DNA of 64,000 bases, taken from assembly GCA_963806185.1 (NCBI GenBank), contig CAWDXE010000003.1:64001-128000 (forward strand), read 5' to 3'. Below the pieces are notes generated by a model, which was given only the letters and a program-made list of their open reading frames with translations, did not search any database and was not told where the DNA came from. Below, one piece after another: positions 59,450 to 64,000 of the stretch. The DNA comes from an uncultured candidate division Zixibacteria bacterium (GTDB taxonomy: Bacteria > Zixibacteria > MSB-5A5 > GN15 > FEB-12). The stretch's first letter is position 1, and each line of letters opens with the position of its first letter. A program made the position numbers and the translations under genes.

Positions 59450-60562
59450 TCACTGCCCGCAGGTGCCAGAGACCAGCGGGCCGCTGCCCACAAGGGGGCA
59501 ATTGGGGAGAGGAGATAAGGAGATGAAGAGACTTTCAATGAGTGCGGTAAGGTCCGAGATATCTACGCCGCCGCTGCGATCAATGTCGGCCTCGCCGAAG
59601 CAGCAGGGTTCATCGATAAGGACAAACATGTTCTGAATCATCGTTGTCAAATCGGAGATGTCGACATTCTGATTCAGGTCGCAGTTGATATTGCCCACGG
59701 TGCCCTCGCAACAGGGGACCAGCGTCTGGTAGCAGCAAGTGGGTCGCGGATACGGCATCAGTGCGCTAAGACCGTGCTGAAAGTAGTTCTCGAACATGGT
59801 GACATCGGCGGAATCCACGCGGCAGTCACCGTTGAAGTCCGCTTGGAAGAGTGAATCTTTCACCGCCACCTTCCCTTGAACCATCGCTTGAAGTAGAATG
59901 AGGTCGGCAAAAGACAGACTAAGGTTATCGCCGTTGAGATCGCTCATTGCGGCACAGCCGTTGAAGTTGGCGAACAGGGAGTCGGGCACGAAGTGGACAA
60001 GGGAGGTATCGATTTGCCCGCCGGTGATGCCGATGGCGTGACCCTCGGGATCGGAGAATCCAAAGTGCTCCGGAGTCTGATCGATCTCGATGGCCGCCAT
60101 CGGCTGCGGCAGGGTATCGGCACCGCCTTGCAGCTGCACGGCCAGGCGAATGACCGTGTGTGTACCCGGCGCAAAGCCGCGTCGATACGGAGGAACAATG
60201 TCATCATCGGCGAGTCCAACAATCTGGACGTCTGACGCATCGCCGCGGAGTGTTCGGACGGAAAAGAATTGGTAGACGGCCGTAGGAAGTCCGGTAAGGC
60301 TGTAGGCAATGTTGCCCTCGGAGGCGAGTTTGAAGCGGGCGGGAACGGTGGTGTCGATTTTCAGCCAGAGTTCGAAGCCGGCGATGGAGTCAAGAGGGTG
60401 GTCGATGATAACTTCAACTGGAATTTCAGATTTCAGACATGTGGGGTAGTCGATATGCACGGACACGGTCAGTCGTGGGGACTGCGCACGAGCAACAGGA
60501 ATAAGAGCAAGACAAGCCAGCGCCACAAGGGTCAGCATACGAGCAGACAGCATCCTTGACAT
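59450..60562 (-). CDS. Secreted protein with cohesin-like N-terminus and two dockerin-like (EF-hand pair) domains
   Basis: Signal peptide; DLNGD..ADL / ADFNGD..DSADV and CCEG..GNINCD..VDISDLT / EADIDRSGGVDISDLT. Confidence 0.78.
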   Translation of the reverse strand: MSRMLSARMLTLVALACLALIPVARAQSPRLTVSVHIDYPTCLKSEIPVEVIIDHPLDSIAGFELWLKIDTTVPARFKLASEGNIAYSLTGLPTAVYQFFSVRTLRGDASDVQIVGLADDDIVPPYRRGFAPGTHTVIRLAVQLQGGADTLPQPMAAIEIDQTPEHFGFSDPEGHAIGITGGQIDTSLVHFVPDSLFANFNGCAAMSDLNGDNLSLSFADLILLQAMVQGKVAVKDSLFQADFNGDCRVDSADVTMFENYFQHGLSALMPYPRPTCCYQTLVPCCEGTVGNINCDLNQNVDISDLTTMIQNMFVLIDEPCCFGEADIDRSGGVDISDLTALIESLFISLSPLPNCPLVGSGPLVSGTCGQ

Positions 60563-60740
60563 TTTGCACCTTTCTGCAGCGGTCGTCAGACAGGGATAGT
60601 CAATAATGAACAGTAGCTCAGTAGCTTAGTCCTCGGAAAATAGGAAACGGATTGGTGTTTTTGACATCAATAGCAGTAGTAAGCGCTAATCTAACCGGGC
60701 GTCAGCATTCATGCAACAGAAAAATGCAGGAAGGCACAAA

Positions 60741-61061
60741 TTATTCGGTCCGGCACCAATCGGCAGTATCACATTGCGGACAGACGAGCAGTTTCTTGCC
60801 GGGGAAATGAGGAGAAAGAAAGTCCGTCCAGGCGGATATCTTGAATCGGTGACGGCAACTGGGACAGGTGTAGGTCGTCTGCATCGCATGACGACGAACG
60901 ATCAGTACCAAGAGGCCGACTATGACCACCAAACCGCCAATCAAGGGGAGTGAAATGCCGGCGAGAAACACGGTGATCAAAGCGAGGGCCAGAAGGGCGA
61001 TGACAACGCCCAGAGAGACATTCCGGAAGAGTTTGTTACGTCTATTGGCTAGTTCGTTCAC
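60741..61061 (-). CDS. Small two-TM zinc-ribbon protein
   Basis: 2 TMs then CPSC..CPQC; TTGACC-17-TAGGTT upstream. Confidence 0.75.
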   Translation of the reverse strand: MNELANRRNKLFRNVSLGVVIALLALALITVFLAGISLPLIGGLVVIVGLLVLIVRRHAMQTTYTCPSCRHRFKISAWTDFLSPHFPGKKLLVCPQCDTADWCRTE

Positions 61062-61162
61062 AGCAATCCGCCTGAATAAACCTACGGCACCGGGGCGGCC
61101 GGGTCAAGTTGATGTTGCTCAAGACGTTTCATCCGGGTATGTTGTAACAGGAGGATCGCCAC

Positions 61163-61549
61163 ATGTATTGTCCAAAATGTCGCTCAGAATATGTTGACGG
61201 CGTCACCGAATGCGCCGATTGCCAGGTACCCCTGGTCACTTTCTTGCCGCCGGAACCGGAGCCGACGTACCAGGAGATGGTGACAGTACTGACGACAACA
61301 GACTCTTCGGAATTGCTCGTGGCCAAGTCAATGCTTGAGGGGGCGGGCATTACCTTTTTTGCCCAGGGCGAGGGGCTGGTGGATCTTTTCGGTAAGATCG
61401 GATTTAATCCCGCGATCGGGGCGGTGGAAGTAAAGGTGCGCCCCGAAGACGTGGAGTTGGCCCGCGAAGTACTGGAGACTAAGGGGGAGCCGCTGGCGGA
61501 AGACAGCGATCCGGAGCTGCCGGCGGACGACGGTGATGACCGTCGTTAG
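61163..61549 (+). CDS. Zinc-ribbon + DUF2007-like protein
   Basis: MYCPKCRSEY..CADC, AKSMLEGAGI, VKVRPEDVELAREVL; AGGAGG RBS. Confidence 0.82.
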   Translation: MYCPKCRSEYVDGVTECADCQVPLVTFLPPEPEPTYQEMVTVLTTTDSSELLVAKSMLEGAGITFFAQGEGLVDLFGKIGFNPAIGAVEVKVRPEDVELAREVLETKGEPLAEDSDPELPADDGDDRR

Positions 61550-61569
61550 GTGTTGAATCTCCCCTGCAT

Positions 61570-62556
61570 TCAGGTCACCGTAATCACTGCTGCGCCCGTA
61601 AAGCGACCGTTGCGGAGATCGTCGAGTGCCTCATTAGCCCGTTCCAAGGGGTAGGCGTGTACCTCGGTTTTCACCGGCACGCGCGGGGCCAGCGCCAGAA
61701 ATTCTTCGCCATCAGCACGGGTCAGATTGGCTACTGATCGCAAGACTCGTTCACCCCAGAGAGCAGAATAGGGAAACGACGGGATGTCGGACATATGGAT
61801 GCCGGCACAGACGACGACCCCTCCCTTGTGAACCGCACGAAGCGCAAGCGGCACGAGTTCGCCGACCGGAGCGAAGATGATGGCCGCATCGAGCTCGTCT
61901 GGCGGAGTTTCATCCGACGCCCCAGTCCAGACAGCACCCAGCTCGCGGGCAAACTGCTGACTGGCGACATCACCCCGGCGCGTGAAGGCGTAGACCTCGC
62001 GATTCTGGAAGCGGGCGACTTGCAGGAGAATGTGAGCGGCGGCGCCGAAGCCATAGAAGCCGAGACGTTGGGCATTCTCGGTCATTCTCAAGGCGCGATA
62101 GCCGATCAGGCCGGCACAGAGCAGTGGGGCGGCCTGAAGGTCGGGATAAGCGGGGGGAATCGGGAAGCAGAAGCGTTCATCGGCGACACAATATTCGGCG
62201 AAGCCGCCGTTGATCTGGTAGCCGGTGTAGAGCGCGTTGTCACAGAGATTCTCACGACCACTCGTACAATATTCGCAATTACCACAACTTGAGCCGAGCC
62301 AGGGGACGCCGACGCGGTCGCCAACAGCAAATCGTCCAGTGCCGAGTGCGGCATTTTCGACTGTGGCAACGATCTGGTGGCCAGGAATGATGGGGAGGCG
62401 GGGATCTGTCAATTCGCCGTCGACGACGTGCAAGTCGGTGCGACAGACACCGCAGGCATGAACGCGCAACAGAAGCTGACCCCTCGCAGGAGTTGGTACA
62501 GGTAACTGCACGAGGTGAAGAGGGGTACCGGGTTGGTCGAGAATCATCGCGCGCAC
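61570..62556 (-). CDS. Zinc-dependent alcohol dehydrogenase family protein
   Basis: CGVCRTDLH, PGHQ, CGNCEYC..C, APLLCAGLIGYR, GFGAAAH. Confidence 0.93.
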   Translation of the reverse strand: MRAMILDQPGTPLHLVQLPVPTPARGQLLLRVHACGVCRTDLHVVDGELTDPRLPIIPGHQIVATVENAALGTGRFAVGDRVGVPWLGSSCGNCEYCTSGRENLCDNALYTGYQINGGFAEYCVADERFCFPIPPAYPDLQAAPLLCAGLIGYRALRMTENAQRLGFYGFGAAAHILLQVARFQNREVYAFTRRGDVASQQFARELGAVWTGASDETPPDELDAAIIFAPVGELVPLALRAVHKGGVVVCAGIHMSDIPSFPYSALWGERVLRSVANLTRADGEEFLALAPRVPVKTEVHAYPLERANEALDDLRNGRFTGAAVITVT

Positions 62557-62574
62557 GAGTAATTGCCCTCTTCC

Positions 62575-63741
62575 CTACTCTGGTTTGTCGCGCGTCTCGG
62601 CGACAACGTCGGGCACGAGGCCACGGCGTTGGTATTTATCGAGGAAGTCTTTGCGGAATTTGGCAAATCGGTTTTCATCGATTGCCCGGCGGATGCCGCG
62701 CATCAAATCCTGAAAGAAGTGGCAGGAATGATAGGTGGCGAGCACCATGCCGGTAATCTCTGATTGGTTGTAGAGATGGCGGATGTAGGCGCGGGAGTGG
62801 CGTCGACAGACGCGGCAGGAACAATTGGGATCCAGCGGGCGTTCATCGTTGGCGAATTCGGCGTTGCGATAGACGAGCGGGCCCTCGGATGTGAAGACAC
62901 AGCCGGTACGAGCGTTGCGCGTCGGCAGGACACAGTCGAACATGTCAATACCGTAGGACACCGCCATAAGAATATCCTCAGGGTAGCCTACCCCCATAAG
63001 GTAGCGCGGGCGGTCTTTGGGGAGATACTGGATGGTGTGGGCGAGCATGTCCTCCATCTCGGCCTTGCTCTCCCCTACCGACAGACCACCGATGGCGTAG
63101 CCGGGGAAATCGAGCGACATAATCTGTTCGGCGGACTGGGTGCGCAGTTCCTTGTAGACGGAGCCTTGCACGATGCCAAAGAGAAAGGGTGGATTCTCTT
63201 TGCCTTCCGAGAGCTCCTTGTGCCGTTTCACGCAGCGCTTGGCCCATTCGAAAGTACGGCGGACGCCCCCGCCGGCAGTGATCTGGTCGGCCGGGTATGG
63301 AACGCACTGGTCGAAGGTCATGATGATGTCGGCGCCGAGATCGTGCTCGATTTCCATCACTTTCTCAGGCGAGAAGAGGTGACGGGAACCGTCGTGGTGT
63401 GACTGGAATTCCACACCGTTGTCGTTGATCTTGCTGATGTCCTGAAGTGAGAAGACCTGGAAGCCTCCGCTGTCGGTGAGCGTTGGGCGATTCCAGCCGT
63501 TAAATTTAGCGAGGCCGCCCATGGCCTTGACGATGCCGGTGCCGGGGCGGAGGTACAGATGATAGGTGTTGCCGAGGATGATTTCCGCGCCGATTTCTTC
63601 GAGGTCTTCGGCGGTCATCGCTTTGACTGCCCCCGACGTGCCGACCGGCATGAAGGTGGGGGTTTGTATCACGCCGTGAGGGGTAGTGAGGATTCCGCGT
63701 CGCGCAGGGCCGTCGGAAGTCTTTATGCCGAGAAGTGACAG
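62575..63741 (-). CDS. tgt: Queuine tRNA-ribosyltransferase
   Basis: TPTFMPVGT, NTYHLYLRPG, TDSGGFQVFSL, YLMGVG, DMFDCVLPTRNAR, CSCRVC; start placed at CTG after AGGAG. Confidence 0.96.
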   Translation of the reverse strand: MSLLGIKTSDGPARRGILTTPHGVIQTPTFMPVGTSGAVKAMTAEDLEEIGAEIILGNTYHLYLRPGTGIVKAMGGLAKFNGWNRPTLTDSGGFQVFSLQDISKINDNGVEFQSHHDGSRHLFSPEKVMEIEHDLGADIIMTFDQCVPYPADQITAGGGVRRTFEWAKRCVKRHKELSEGKENPPFLFGIVQGSVYKELRTQSAEQIMSLDFPGYAIGGLSVGESKAEMEDMLAHTIQYLPKDRPRYLMGVGYPEDILMAVSYGIDMFDCVLPTRNARTGCVFTSEGPLVYRNAEFANDERPLDPNCSCRVCRRHSRAYIRHLYNQSEITGMVLATYHSCHFFQDLMRGIRRAIDENRFAKFRKDFLDKYQRRGLVPDVVAETRDKPE

Positions 63742-63763
63742 AGTATGCTCCTGTGGTGAATAG

Positions 63764-64000
63764 CTATCCCAGCGCTGCTTCGAGCGCCGTCTGCAGGTCT
63801 TTTGCGCCAACGATGTCCGGACTCTTTTCGACAAGTTGGGTAAAATTGGCGTGCGGGATGATGATTCGTTTGTACCCCAGTTTCTGAGCCTCGGAAATGC
63901 GCCGGTCCATCTGCGGCACGCCGCGCACTTCACCCGACAAGCCGACCTCGCCGACGACGAGCGTATGCGGGTCAACCGGCTTGTTGAGAAGCGACGAGGT
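63764..64000 (-). CDS. radA: DNA repair protein RadA/Sms, C-terminal part (truncated by window edge)
   Basis: Frame missed by the ORF track: ..VVGEVGLSGEVRGV..RRISEAQKLGYKRIIIP..*. Confidence 0.9.
   Translation of the reverse strand, partial: TSSLLNKPVDPHTLVVGEVGLSGEVRGVPQMDRRISEAQKLGYKRIIIPHANFTQLVEKSPDIVGAKDLQTALEAALG

Noticed and set aside
63742..63975. N-terminal extension of Tgt in the ORF track
   Set aside because: Overlaps the radA C-terminus in another frame

Overview
GC-rich bacterial chromosome segment made up mostly of core genes. A C-terminal 'VDISDLT' dockerin-like domain, a PorX-like REC-PglZ regulator, a WD40-Omp85 protein and LPS genes suggest an FCB-group diderm such as candidate Zixibacteria (inference only). 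In order, the window holds: DUF523/DUF1722 plus a class II photolyase; a GT4 glycosyltransferase; an hsp20-dnaJ-clpB heat-shock cluster; an envelope run (uppP, GT9-GmhB fusion, amrS, metalloprotease-PD40-Omp85, BamB-like lipoprotein, HEAT protein); LPS genes (LpxL-like, waaF, rfaE1, rfaE2); a 2144-aa multi-PAS kinase; valS and mazG; an OM barrel; a sigma54 signalling module; a long serS-HK-PorX-tsaE-tsaB-rimI-accD-folC operon; rpmB; DUF2339; small accessory genes; tgt; and the 3' end of radA. I found no rRNA, tRNA, CRISPR array, transposase or phage genes. The most notable signals are: (i) a BoxC-like palindromic repeat inserted twice, in frame, inside the GT4 gene; (ii) mosaic REP-like hairpin clusters, two of which form ~137-bp direct repeats around dnaJ; (iii) a self-contained sigma54 module driving a degenerate GGDEF protein; (iv) a histidine kinase directly upstream of PorX-tsaE; (v) four single-base frameshifts, probably assembly errors, although the folC one sits on an in-phase A_AAA_AAG slippery site. 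All calls rest on motif recognition by eye; no database searches were run.
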